From: Pseudomonadota bacterium
GTDB lineage: Bacteria > Myxococcota_A > Polyangia > Polyangiales > Polyangiaceae
DNA length: 59,510 bases
NCBI GenBank assembly: GCA_003242355.2
Contig: QGUH02000001.1
Span: forward strand, 1-59,510
Reading direction: 5' to 3'
Numbering within the stretch: the first letter of the stretch is position 1; each line of letters begins with the position of its first letter. This document shows positions 9,112 to 18,780 of the stretch, piece by piece. Made by a program: the position numbers and the translations under genes. The notes beneath the pieces were generated by a model that was not told the origin of the DNA, did no database searches, and worked only from the letters and a program-made list of their open reading frames with translations.

Positions 9112-10584
9112 TCAAGGGCTCGCGCTTCGAGGGAGCTCTTCGCGAAGCGCCGCCGGGGGCCGGCTCTCCGCAGCTCGGCGCGCTTCCGTCACCGCGCGGA
9201 GCTCGTTGGGGCGGAACGTGGAGGGGCCGACGATCACGCGCGCTCCGTGCTTCGACATGATGTACGCCCAAATCCAGTTCAAAAAGACGATGATCCGGTT
9301 CCGGAACCCCACCAGGTACCAGAGGTGGACGATGGCCCAGGTGAGCCAGGCGAGGAAACCGGAGAGGCTGAGCTTGCGCAGCTGAGCCACCGCGCGCGCT
9401 CGACCAATCGTCGCCATGATCCCCTTGTCGACGTATTCGAATCGGTAACGCGGCTCTCCCCGCAGATCCCGCAGAATCGTCTCCGCCACGAACTGGCCCT
9501 GCTGAATCGCGACCGGGCTCACGCCGGGCAATGGTTTCGTTTCCCCTTCGGGCACGAATGCCGCCATGTCCCCAATCACGAACACTTCCGGATGCCCGGG
9601 TATCGAGCAGTCCGGAAGGACGATCACCCGCCCCGCCCGATCGAGCGGGACGCCGAGCGCCCGCGCGAGCGGGCTCGGCGCGACGCCGGCTCCCCAGAGC
9701 ACCGTTGCTGCGGGCAACAGCTCGTCTCCGAACCACACCCCCTGGTCGTCCAGCGCGGTGACGCGTACTCCCGTCCTCACCTCGACGCCGAGCGATCGCA
9801 GCTGCTCGACGGCGCTCTCCGAGAGCTTCGGCTCGAAGGGCAACAGAATGCGATCGGCCATTTCGACGAGCACGACGCGCGTCATCCCCGGTTTGAGGTG
9901 TCGGAACTCGCGATCGAGGATGTCTCCCGACAGATCCGCGATGGCCCCCGCGAGCTCCACGCCCGTCGCGCCGCCACCGATGACCACGAACGTGAGCAGC
10001 CGTTCCCGCTCCTCGGGCGTTGCCGCCCGTTCCGCAGCCTCGAATGCGAGCAACACGCGGCGCCGGATCTCGTAAGCGTCGTCGAGGTCCTTGAGCCCCG
10101 GGGCGGTCTCCTTCCACGCGTCGTGACCGAAGTAGTTGGTTTTCGCCCCGGCAGCGACGATCAGATAGTCGTATTCGTCTTCGGCGCCGTCGCGCAGCCG
10201 AATGCGGCGCGCCGCGACGTCGATGTCGACCACCTCGCCGAGAACCACCTCGATGTTCTCGTACTTGCTCAGAACCGACCGGATCGGGACGGAAACGTCG
10301 GACGCTCCCAGGCTCGCCAGCGCCACTTGATAGAGGAGCGGCTGAAAAAGGTGGTAGTTGACGCGGTCGTAGACGGTGACGTGCACCGGCTGCGATCCGA
10401 GTCGCTTCGCCGCGCGCAACCCGCCGAAGCCACCGCCAATCACGATCACGTGCGGAACGCGCGCCGCGCCGTCTCCGCGCTCTGCCCCCGTTGGGCGCCC
10501 TGCTCCGTCGCCGGCGCTCGGGCCGTCGTTCCCGAATCGCTGGGCCTCGCCCGCGGACGTCGGCCCCGTCGCAATGCCAGACAT
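9112..10584 (-). CDS. ndh: Type II NADH:quinone oxidoreductase (NDH-2); start uncertain
   Basis: Two Rossmann motifs (IGGGFGG, IGGGATGVE), FQPLLYQVA, AIQQG and C-terminal HLWYLVGFRNR. Confidence 0.9.
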   Translation of the reverse strand: MSGIATGPTSAGEAQRFGNDGPSAGDGAGRPTGAERGDGAARVPHVIVIGGGFGGLRAAKRLGSQPVHVTVYDRVNYHLFQPLLYQVALASLGASDVSVPIRSVLSKYENIEVVLGEVVDIDVAARRIRLRDGAEDEYDYLIVAAGAKTNYFGHDAWKETAPGLKDLDDAYEIRRRVLLAFEAAERAATPEERERLLTFVVIGGGATGVELAGAIADLSGDILDREFRHLKPGMTRVVLVEMADRILLPFEPKLSESAVEQLRSLGVEVRTGVRVTALDDQGVWFGDELLPAATVLWGAGVAPSPLARALGVPLDRAGRVIVLPDCSIPGHPEVFVIGDMAAFVPEGETKPLPGVSPVAIQQGQFVAETILRDLRGEPRYRFEYVDKGIMATIGRARAVAQLRKLSLSGFLAWLTWAIVHLWYLVGFRNRIIVFLNWIWAYIMSKHGARVIVGPSTFRPNELRAVTEARRAAESRPPAALREELPRSASP

Positions 10585-10632
10585 CGGGTAAAGTCTGGCC
10601 CCCTTCGGGAGCGAGGTCACCTTGCCCGCGCT

Positions 10633-10665
10633 CGAACGCCGACCCATGTGACGGATCGGCGTTCG
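10633..10665. repeat. Palindromic element copy 3 (GAACGCCGA-N13-TCGGCGTTC)
   Basis: Perfect 10-bp arms cgaacgccga / tcggcgttcg with a 13-nt spacer, upstream of ndh. Confidence 0.6.
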
Positions 10666-10831
10666 GCCTCGTTTCGTAGGTGCGGCACGCGCCACCCCTC
10701 CCCGCCGAAACGAATGCGACGGCCTCCCGGCGGGCGCTCCGTTTCACGCCGTCTTCCGCATGGCGCGGCGCGTTCCCAACCGCCGTCGCTCTCGCCTCGG
10801 TGAACGCGCCCGTGCGCGGGGTGAATCGCGC

Positions 10832-11809
10832 TCAGAAGACCTCGAGGCTCGAGCTGCTCGGACCGTTCGGGGTGGTGGGGGCCCCCTCACGTCGCGGGGA
10901 ACCTTCCCACCGCTTGCTCGCTTCACGCCGCGGCGGCTGCGAAACGATCGAAGGAACCGTAGGAGCCGGTCGACACGGCACCGTACGACGCGCACCGACC
11001 GATGCTCCATCGGCTTCCGTCGTCCCGCGGGGCACCAGCTTCTGCTTGCGCACCAGAGCGCTCAGGAACTCGGCACGGCCGGAAACACCCGTCTTCTGGA
11101 AAATCGACGCGACCTGATTGGCCACCGTGCGCACCGACGTGCCCCGAAGCCAGGCCATCTCGGTATAGCTCTTCCCTTCGACGAGCAATCGGGCCACCGC
11201 ATGCTCGGCGCCGGAGAGAATCGAGCCGAGCTCGGTATCGGGGCGCGGAACACTCACCACGCGGCAGGGGCGCCCGCCGCCCGCGCGGAGCGCGCCCGGA
11301 GGCAGATCCGCCACACCGGGCAGGTCGAGCGCGAGCTCGCTGGCGCGGCCATGGGTGAACGGGGTTTCTCCCGTGAGCGCATGAGCCGCCATCACGAGCG
11401 GAATCGGAACGCGCGCGGCGCGCCCGTCGAGCCCCATGCTCTTCAAGCACTCCGATACCGTGAGCGCGATCGTCGAGGGCGCCAGGCGGAGGTCGACCGC
11501 CACCGCTTTCTGGCGCTCGCCCCGCAGGGTGCGCGCGAGCATCTCGGTCTTGCGCTCCGAGGGCGGCCGCCGCGGCTGATCGTCGGGAGGCCGAAGCTCG
11601 AGGAGCAAGTAGCACCACTGCTCGCTATGAAACGTGTCGACCACGTGGACTCGCCCACAGACGAGCTGGTCCCAGAGCTCGGTCAAGGGAAACTCAACAG
11701 CCGCTTGGTCGAAGTGCTTCATCTCCGCTCCGTTGTGCCCCCGGGCAAAAAGCCTCGGGAGTTGCCCCCCATGGAACCGCGGAGAGAAAAGCTCGTCGAT
11801 TACAGGCAA
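10832..11809 (-). CDS. LuxR-type HTH regulator with two HTH-like segments; start uncertain (alternative ATG at 11722)
   Basis: C-terminal LSGAEHAVARLLVEGKSYTEMA...SVRTVANQVASIFQKTGV and a second LuxR-like segment GERQKAVAVDLRLAPSTI. Confidence 0.8.
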   Translation of the reverse strand: MPVIDELFSPRFHGGQLPRLFARGHNGAEMKHFDQAAVEFPLTELWDQLVCGRVHVVDTFHSEQWCYLLLELRPPDDQPRRPPSERKTEMLARTLRGERQKAVAVDLRLAPSTIALTVSECLKSMGLDGRAARVPIPLVMAAHALTGETPFTHGRASELALDLPGVADLPPGALRAGGGRPCRVVSVPRPDTELGSILSGAEHAVARLLVEGKSYTEMAWLRGTSVRTVANQVASIFQKTGVSGRAEFLSALVRKQKLVPRGTTEADGASVGARRTVPCRPAPTVPSIVSQPPRREASKRWEGSPRREGAPTTPNGPSSSSLEVF

Positions 11810-12216
11810 TTACAGCCGATGACAGCGAGGGCTCGCCCCGCTACCGGCGCAAGACGCCACGCCCTAACTTCAGGTGTCCTCATGGAAATTTCCCCTTTCG
11901 AGCCCTGAGCCCCACGGCCTTGCCCACCTCGGCCAAGAGGCCAATGCGCAAGGAAGGCCGAAATCAGGGACCGCTCGCGGCGCTTCTCCCCCGCCGAGGC
12001 GAATTCCGCGGGGCTCCTCCCCGCACACGCCCGCGGTTCGACCCAGCTTTTCCAAGCAGTTCTGCGCGTCCTCCACCGCTCGGCGCTGGCCGCCGGTCTC
12101 ACCGCCGATGCCGCGACGCTTCCCGGGGAAGCCGCGTACGAGGCGCGCACGGCCCGGTGCCCTGCGCATTTCGTGCTCCCCCGTTCGGCGTTTCCCGCGT
12201 GTGCTCGAAATCGAGC

Positions 12217-13134
12217 TCAGAGCCTGACGATCTCGAGGTTGCTCGTCCCGATGCGGAGCTGACGCGTCCGAGGCCGGCGCTCGATCACGCTGAATGCGTC
12301 CTGCAGGCCCGCTTTCGCGAAATGCTGGCGGATCCTGAAAATATCGATGTTCAGTTGGGTCGAGGTCGTGTCGAGGCCGCGCAGCAAGTCGTCCTGATAA
12401 ATCCATCCACTCGAGGCCTCGGGAATCCCTGAGCGCAGATCTTCGAGCCGGGCGCGCGCCAGCGTCAGCAAGAGATAGTTGTGGGCGCGACTGCCGAGCT
12501 CGAAGGTGCGATCGCCCGAAATGGCGGAAAGCTCGACGTGCTCTTCGTCGGCCGACACCGCGAAACGCAACGTGACCGGACGAAACGGGTTGAGCACGCT
12601 CCCCGCGGAAGTTGAGCCGACGCTCTCGGGGCACGAGAACCGAAAGGGACGCGCGCCCACCTGAAACATCTTGTTGTTCTCGAGCACGGTGAAGTTGCCT
12701 TCGAGATCCTCGAGCTTCCACGTGCCGTCGCTATCGCGATAAAGGCTCGCTTCGGGCGTCTGATCGGACGGCATCACGAGCACGTCCTTCTCGACGACCA
12801 ACGGATCGCCGCCGTCGAGCGGAATCGCCATCGCCTGGGGAGGGCCGTCGTCGGTGAGCTGCCAGCACTCCGAGCGATGGCCGAACGCGAGCTCGACGCC
12901 TCGCACGAGCGGGTACTCGCGTCCGGGTTGCAGGGCAGTGCCGTTCAGGAACGTGCCATTGCGACTCCCGAGGTCCCGGAGCTCCCAATGGGAGCCTGCC
13001 CACCGCAACGCCGCATGACACGCCGAGACGTACGGGCGGTCGAGCCGTAGCCCGCAGGACCACGCGCGCCCGATGATGAGCTCCGGCTCGACGGCGAGCG
13101 ATCGTTGGTTCCTGGGATCGAAGAGCACGGCCAT
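12217..13134 (-). CDS. FHA domain protein with probable C-terminal winged-helix domain
   Basis: FHA motifs IGR...VSACHA...DLGSRNGT; C-terminal LNIDIFRIRQHF resembles a DNA-binding helix. Confidence 0.88.
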   Translation of the reverse strand: MAVLFDPRNQRSLAVEPELIIGRAWSCGLRLDRPYVSACHAALRWAGSHWELRDLGSRNGTFLNGTALQPGREYPLVRGVELAFGHRSECWQLTDDGPPQAMAIPLDGGDPLVVEKDVLVMPSDQTPEASLYRDSDGTWKLEDLEGNFTVLENNKMFQVGARPFRFSCPESVGSTSAGSVLNPFRPVTLRFAVSADEEHVELSAISGDRTFELGSRAHNYLLLTLARARLEDLRSGIPEASSGWIYQDDLLRGLDTTSTQLNIDIFRIRQHFAKAGLQDAFSVIERRPRTRQLRIGTSNLEIVRL

Positions 13135-13383
13135 TGGATCGCGAACGACTTCGGCGGAGGGGCCTCCGCCCCGGAATTAAGGAGCAGCATTTCCGTGCGA
13201 TCAAGAGCAGCCAGCGCCCGCCGGGACTCGCCGGTCGAAAGCGTGGTCTTTGCCGCCTTCTCGCGGCGCCTTTCCCGCGCGATTCGATGACGGAATTCGC
13301 TGCCCTGCGCCGTCACGCGATTCGACGACGGGGCCTCACGAAGAAGCACCCGCGTGGTCCGTTTGGTCTCCGAACCGATGCGC

Positions 13384-15735
13384 TCACTCCGCCGGGTCGA
13401 TCTCGCGAATGCAGGCCGAGCTGCAGCCGTCGTGGTCGAGGTTGTTCCCGTCTTCGCATTGCTCGTACTGCAGCTGAAGCACACCATCGCCGCAGTACGG
13501 CCCGAGAACGCAACCCGGCGCACACTCGCCGTAGCCACCCGCGTTCACGCCGTCGTCACACTGCTCGAACTCGGGCTGCACGATACCATCGCCGCAGCGT
13601 GGACCGATCTTGCAGTCGGGTGTGCAGCCACCGTACGCGCCGTCGTTGACGATGCCGTCGCCGTCGTCGACGTCGCCGTCGTCGCACTCCTCGCCGTACT
13701 CGTGCTGGACGATCTCGTCGCCGCACCGCGGGCCGAGCGTGCACGTCGGGCTGCACTTTCCGTAGTCACCCGTGTTCTCGGGACCGTCGTCGCATTCCTC
13801 GCCGGCCGCGACCACGCCGTCTCCGCAGTTGGTCGTGCACTCGCTCGGGTTCAGATTGAACCCGCTCAACGTGAGCTGGAACGACGAGCCGCGGAGCTTG
13901 CGCTCGGCGTGGAACACCGCGATCTCGTACACCTGCCCCGCTTCCATCCCGAAGTCGCCGGCCGTGGCGTCCACGCACCTCGGAACGTTGTTCTGCCCGA
14001 ACGGCGTGCAAAGCTCGATGTCCGCTCCGTCGATCGTCAAGGTGCCGGTGAGCGGTGGATGCCATCCGCCGAGATCCAGCGCGAGCCTGCGGTTCAGGAA
14101 CACCCACACGTCGTCGTCGCCCGTGAACTCGAGCCGTGCGGGCAGATCGGGATCGTACTCGAACCAGTAGCGCACCTCGGTGGTGAAGTAGAAGTTGTGC
14201 TCGCCACCGTCGGAGATCCAGTTGTACCCGTACGCGGGCGCAATCTCACCCGCTTGCGCCGGATCCCGGGAGGGAAGGCCGTCGACGGGGAAGAACAGCG
14301 GGTTTCCGTCGTAGCGCTTCTCGGTCAGTACACAGGAGTGGGCGCCCCCGTACGGCTCGCAAGGATCGAAGCACACTTGCTCGGCTTCGAGCTCGCAGTT
14401 GCCGCACATCTCGCCGCCGCCGGCGCCGCACGGTGAGCCCGTGCCGTCTTCCACCTCGAGCCCGCCGATCCACTGCTCGCCATTCGGCCCCCAGCGGTTG
14501 ACGTAACCGCCTCGGCCGTTGTCGTAGAGCGTGAGCGAGCCGACGACGGACGTGCTCTTGTTGCTGTTGCGATACCACTCGGCGAACGATTCCCGAGACA
14601 GGATGTTCGCGTTGTTCACGTTCGTGAAGACCGGCTTGCCGTCGTCGTCGAGCATCGCGGCGACGATGCCCGGAGTCACTTCCGTCCTGTTGTTGGGTGG
14701 CTCGAAATCCGGGTGATTGCCGTCGAAGTCGCGGAAAATGACGGGTACGGTGATCGTGCACGGCGTCCCCGCGTCGGGGTCGCACGCGCCCGCGGCGTTC
14801 GTGCACTGATGGCCGTCTTCGACGGTGCACGTGCTCGAGCACCCGTCTCCGTCGCGCAGATTCCCGTCGTCACACTCCTCGGTGGCGCTGAAGACGATCC
14901 CGTCTCCGCATCGTGAGGTGCACGCCCCACCCGAGCACTCCGGCTCGATGCGGCAGGTGGCGCTGCAACCGTCGAAGGGGATCTGGTTGCCGTCGTCGCA
15001 ACTCTCGGCGCCTTCGACGACGCCGTCGCCGCACGTCGTTGCCGAGCAGTCGCTCGGGCTCCCCTCGCACTTGTAGCCGACCTCGATCCGACACTTCGAA
15101 TCGCACCCGTCTCCGTCGTCGCGGTTGCCGTCGTCGCAGCCTTCGTTCGGATCGACCGAACCGTCACCGCACAGGTAAACGCGCGTACACGGCTGCCCCG
15201 GCGTTCGGCAGGCGAACCCCTTCTCGACGAGGCTACAGCTCGCGGCGCAGCCGTCGCCGTCCTCCTGGTTCCCGTCGTCACAGGCCTCGCCCGGACCGAC
15301 GACCCCGTCCCCGCAGACGATGGTCGAGACACAGGGCTGGCCCGGCGTCGGACACTCCCAGAACGGCTCGATGACGCACCGGCCCGAGCAGCCGTCGCCC
15401 GGCAGACTGTTCCCATCGTCGCACTGTTCCGGCGGGTCGAGATTGATGAGCCCGTCCCCACACGCCGGATCCTGAGGCACCAGCCGGCATTCCGGTTTGT
15501 CCGGATCCAACTCGCACGGGTTGGGCGGAGGAGCCGTCGGATCCACGAGCGGCGGAGCGCCCGTGTTCCCTGCGGGAGGCGGCGGCTGCGTCGGGTCGCC
15601 GGTACCGGATCGGCCTCCCGTCCCCGGGTCGTTCGTTCCGTCGGGAACGCCCCGTTCGGGCAGCGTGCCGCCCGACCCACAAGCAAGCAGCCAGCTGGCA
15701 GAAACCACGAACGAAAGGAGCGAGCCGATGCGCAT
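13384..15735 (-). CDS. Fibro-slime (PA14-like) lipoprotein with DUF4215 / myxobacterial Cys-rich repeats
   Basis: Lipobox LLAC, repeated CGDG..E.CDDGN...DGC, and RDF...HPDFE, NFYFTTE, FTGDDDVWVF, FHAER motifs. Confidence 0.92.
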   Translation of the reverse strand: MRIGSLLSFVVSASWLLACGSGGTLPERGVPDGTNDPGTGGRSGTGDPTQPPPPAGNTGAPPLVDPTAPPPNPCELDPDKPECRLVPQDPACGDGLINLDPPEQCDDGNSLPGDGCSGRCVIEPFWECPTPGQPCVSTIVCGDGVVGPGEACDDGNQEDGDGCAASCSLVEKGFACRTPGQPCTRVYLCGDGSVDPNEGCDDGNRDDGDGCDSKCRIEVGYKCEGSPSDCSATTCGDGVVEGAESCDDGNQIPFDGCSATCRIEPECSGGACTSRCGDGIVFSATEECDDGNLRDGDGCSSTCTVEDGHQCTNAAGACDPDAGTPCTITVPVIFRDFDGNHPDFEPPNNRTEVTPGIVAAMLDDDGKPVFTNVNNANILSRESFAEWYRNSNKSTSVVGSLTLYDNGRGGYVNRWGPNGEQWIGGLEVEDGTGSPCGAGGGEMCGNCELEAEQVCFDPCEPYGGAHSCVLTEKRYDGNPLFFPVDGLPSRDPAQAGEIAPAYGYNWISDGGEHNFYFTTEVRYWFEYDPDLPARLEFTGDDDVWVFLNRRLALDLGGWHPPLTGTLTIDGADIELCTPFGQNNVPRCVDATAGDFGMEAGQVYEIAVFHAERKLRGSSFQLTLSGFNLNPSECTTNCGDGVVAAGEECDDGPENTGDYGKCSPTCTLGPRCGDEIVQHEYGEECDDGDVDDGDGIVNDGAYGGCTPDCKIGPRCGDGIVQPEFEQCDDGVNAGGYGECAPGCVLGPYCGDGVLQLQYEQCEDGNNLDHDGCSSACIREIDPAE

Positions 15736-15983
15736 GTCGGACCCCGAGCGGTAACGTTCGGAGCCGGTCTCCGAACGCGACGCGCCATTCTAACAGAGCG
15801 CCACCGACTCAGCATCTCGGATTGACGACACGTCGACGCATCCCGGGTGGACCCGGATGACGTCGAACGAGGCGCGACGCGGCGGCGGAGGCGAAGACGC
15901 CGCACGCCGCGAAAGACGGCGCCGCGCTCGCTGGGATCCACCCGTTCGTTGCCGCGTCGCTCTGTGAGTCGAGCGAGACGAGG

Positions 15984-16018
15984 GAGAACGCCGATCGGCG
16001 CGCCCGATCGGCGTTCTC
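15984..16018. repeat. Palindromic element copy 4 (perfect 15-bp inverted repeat; possible hairpin after yceI)
   Basis: gagaacgccgatcgg-cgcgc-ccgatcggcgttctc. Confidence 0.65.
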
Positions 16019-16045
16019 GGGCTCCCCAGGGAGCGCTCTACCACG

Positions 16046-16720
16046 TCACGTGCTGGAGCGCTTCGCGCGCACCTCGAGACGAATCAGCACGTCGTCGCGG
16101 ATCAGATCGTCGGGCATGCCCGGATAGACGATGCCGAAGTCCTTGCGGTTGATTCCGAACTCCGCGTCCACCGCGACCTGGTCCGCGTCCACTCGAATTT
16201 TCGCCGGAAAGGATATCGACTTCGTCACGCCGTGAAGCTCGAGATTTCCGGTAACGGTGTGGGTTGCGCCGTTGTCCCCTCCGGGCCGGATGCTCGTCGA
16301 GGTGAAGCGCGCCTTGGGGTACTTCTCGACATCGAAGAAATCGGGGCTCTTCAGGTGCCCCGTCAGCTTCTCGGTGTCCGAAAACACCGACGCCGTGTCG
16401 ATCTCGACCGAAACGGATCCTTTCTCGGGATTCCCCTCCGGCAGCTCGATCGTTCCCGAGAAGGTGCGGAAGCCGCCGTCGTGCTTCGCGCTCACTTTTG
16501 CGCCAACCCACTCGAGCTTCGAGCCCTCCTGCGAGAAGGCGTACTTGGCCGCCGAAGCGGGAGCAGCCGCCGGAGCCGCGGGAACGACGGCCTCGGCCAC
16601 CTCGGCCTTCGGCTTGTCCTTGGCGGGGTTGGTGTTGCAACCGGTGAGCGCTCCGAACGCCACAACGACGGCTGCGCCGGAGATCGCTCGCGACCGAAGA
16701 ATTTTCCAGACTGGTTTCAT
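16046..16720 (-). CDS. YceI family lipid/isoprenoid-binding lipoprotein
   Basis: Lipobox LTGC; HLKSPDFFDVEKYP, GNLELHGVTK and INRKDFGI motifs. Confidence 0.92.
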   Translation of the reverse strand: MKPVWKILRSRAISGAAVVVAFGALTGCNTNPAKDKPKAEVAEAVVPAAPAAAPASAAKYAFSQEGSKLEWVGAKVSAKHDGGFRTFSGTIELPEGNPEKGSVSVEIDTASVFSDTEKLTGHLKSPDFFDVEKYPKARFTSTSIRPGGDNGATHTVTGNLELHGVTKSISFPAKIRVDADQVAVDAEFGINRKDFGIVYPGMPDDLIRDDVLIRLEVRAKRSST

Positions 16721-16804
16721 CAAGAGTCCCTCGTGCACGGGCGCTCGCCCATCGAGCGCTCGCCGTGGCCCCCTATGTGGAGTCTTTTTCTCCGAGCGGC
16801 AATC

Positions 16805-17161
16805 CTACCGGGCAACGCGACGCCGCGCAGCGCGGTTCGGGGCGCGCCGCCCGGCCCGAATCTCCGCAGCGCGAAACCGGCCCACCACGTTGCGCACGCG
16901 CTGCGCCAGCGCACCCTGGGGGCCCGAAAGGAGAACCCGCGGGCGGCCGCCCTCCGCGACCACGCGGATCTCGGCGTCGACCCGCGTTCCGGCGAAGACG
17001 TCCGCGAGGTCGTCGAAGAGCGCCTGCGGAATTCGCCCGCGGACGAGCTCGGGCCGTCCGCCGCGAACGCGCAGGACGAAGAGCTCGTTCGAGCGGCGCA
17101 GAGCCACCCACAGCGGCACGCTCAGCGCGAAGAGCAGGAGAAGACCGACGATCAGAGCCAT
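16805..17161 (-). CDS. DUF3634-like small membrane-anchored protein
   Basis: N-terminal TM helix followed by FVLRVRGG...RGRIP...QRVRNV. Confidence 0.65.
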   Translation of the reverse strand: MALIVGLLLLFALSVPLWVALRRSNELFVLRVRGGRPELVRGRIPQALFDDLADVFAGTRVDAEIRVVAEGGRPRVLLSGPQGALAQRVRNVVGRFRAAEIRAGRRAPNRAARRRVAR

Positions 17162-17330
17162 GCGTTCGATGAAACCGGTGGCCTCGGAACCGCGATCGGG
17201 CGGCGGGTCATCCACTAACCGTGGCTCGCCCTCCCCGACTGGGAAGGCCGAATCCCGATTTAGCTAGCGCAAATCGGGCCCCCCGGGGCGACTGGCAGCG
17301 GCTCGAGCGCGGTGTTACTCCCGCCGGCCC

Positions 17331-18695
17331 ATGACGACGCCCCCGGAGCGTCCCAAGGCCGTGCTCGTTGCGGTGAGGCTGCCGGACGTCGCCCCCGCCG
17401 CGTTCGAGGCGAGCCTCACCGAGCTCGAGAGACTGGTGACGACCCTCGGCTACACGGTCGTCGCGCGCGTGACGCAAGCGCGCGATCATCTCGCGCCGGC
17501 CGCCGTGCTCGGCGAAGGAAAGCTCCGCGAGCTCGCCCAGCTGACCGGCGGAACCGGTCACACGGGAACGACACCTCCCGGCAAAAGCGCTCGGGACGCG
17601 GATCGGGAGAGCGTGCCTCCGGAGAACGAACCCGAGGCCGACGCCGAAAGCGCGCCACACCCCGACGTCGCGCTCGTCGCCGTGGACCACGAGATCACCC
17701 CGAGCCAGCTCCGCAACCTCGAGCGAGCGACCGGCGTCCCGGCGCTCGATCGAACCGGGGTGATCATCGAGATCTTCCATCGCCACGCGCGCAGTCGCGA
17801 AGCGCGCCTCGAAGTCGAAATCGCGCGCCTCACCTACACGGCGCCGCGGTTGCGCGAAGCTCCCCGCGGCAAGGAGCGGCGCATGGGCCGCGGCTCCGGC
17901 GAAGCGGCGCTCGAGCTCGATCGCCGCCGCATTCGCGACCGGATCGCGGAGCTCAAGGCCGAGCTCGCACGCAGCGAGCGCGAACGCGAGGTGCGCCGTG
18001 CGCGCCGACGCGGCGCGCGGCGCGTGGCGCTCGTCGGGTACACCAACGCCGGCAAATCGTCGCTGATGCGCGCGCTGACCGGAAGCGACGTGCTCGTGGA
18101 AGACAAGCTCTTCGCCACGCTCGACACGACCGTGCGCGCGCTCTACCCGGAGGCGCGCCCGCGCATCCTGGTCAGCGACACCGTGGGCTTCATCCGCAAG
18201 CTGCCGCACGATCTGGTCGCGAGCTTCAAGAGCACGCTCGACGAGGCGCTCGAGGCCTCGTTGCTCCTCGAAGTCGTGGACGCCTCCGACCCGGACTGGG
18301 AAGCGCAGCACGCCGTGACGCGCGGCGTGCTCACGGAAATCGGCGCGACGAACGTGCCGGCGCGGCTCGTCTTCAACAAGATCGACCTGCTCTCGGACGC
18401 CGCGCTCGAAGCGCTCGCCGAGCGTTTCCCGGATGCGTGGTTGGTCTCCACGCGCCGCGCCGCGGACGTCTCTCGCGTGCGCGACCGGATCATCGCGTTC
18501 TTCGAAGCCTCGTACGAAGAAGCCGAGCTGCGCGTTCCCTATTCGCGCCAGGCGCTGATCTCGGAGATGCACGAATCCGGGCGCGTGCTCGAGGAGCGCT
18601 ACGAGCCCGAAGGCGTCACGGTCCGGCTGCGGTCGGATGCCGAAACGCTCGCGCGATTCCGCGCCGAGCTCGCTCCCGACCCGACGCGAACGTGA
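17331..18695 (+). CDS. hflX: Ribosome-splitting GTPase HflX
   Basis: DRTGVIIEIF, LELDRRRIR, GYTNAGKS, LFATLD, DTVGF and NKID motifs. Confidence 0.95.
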   Translation: MTTPPERPKAVLVAVRLPDVAPAAFEASLTELERLVTTLGYTVVARVTQARDHLAPAAVLGEGKLRELAQLTGGTGHTGTTPPGKSARDADRESVPPENEPEADAESAPHPDVALVAVDHEITPSQLRNLERATGVPALDRTGVIIEIFHRHARSREARLEVEIARLTYTAPRLREAPRGKERRMGRGSGEAALELDRRRIRDRIAELKAELARSEREREVRRARRRGARRVALVGYTNAGKSSLMRALTGSDVLVEDKLFATLDTTVRALYPEARPRILVSDTVGFIRKLPHDLVASFKSTLDEALEASLLLEVVDASDPDWEAQHAVTRGVLTEIGATNVPARLVFNKIDLLSDAALEALAERFPDAWLVSTRRAADVSRVRDRIIAFFEASYEEAELRVPYSRQALISEMHESGRVLEERYEPEGVTVRLRSDAETLARFRAELAPDPTRT

Positions 18696-18780
18696 CGGCG
18701 CTCGCCGCGCGTTTCGCCGCGCCGCGGCTCCCCGCCGAAATGGAGTCGGCCGGCCCCCTTCCGCGACACGACGGCGCGCC

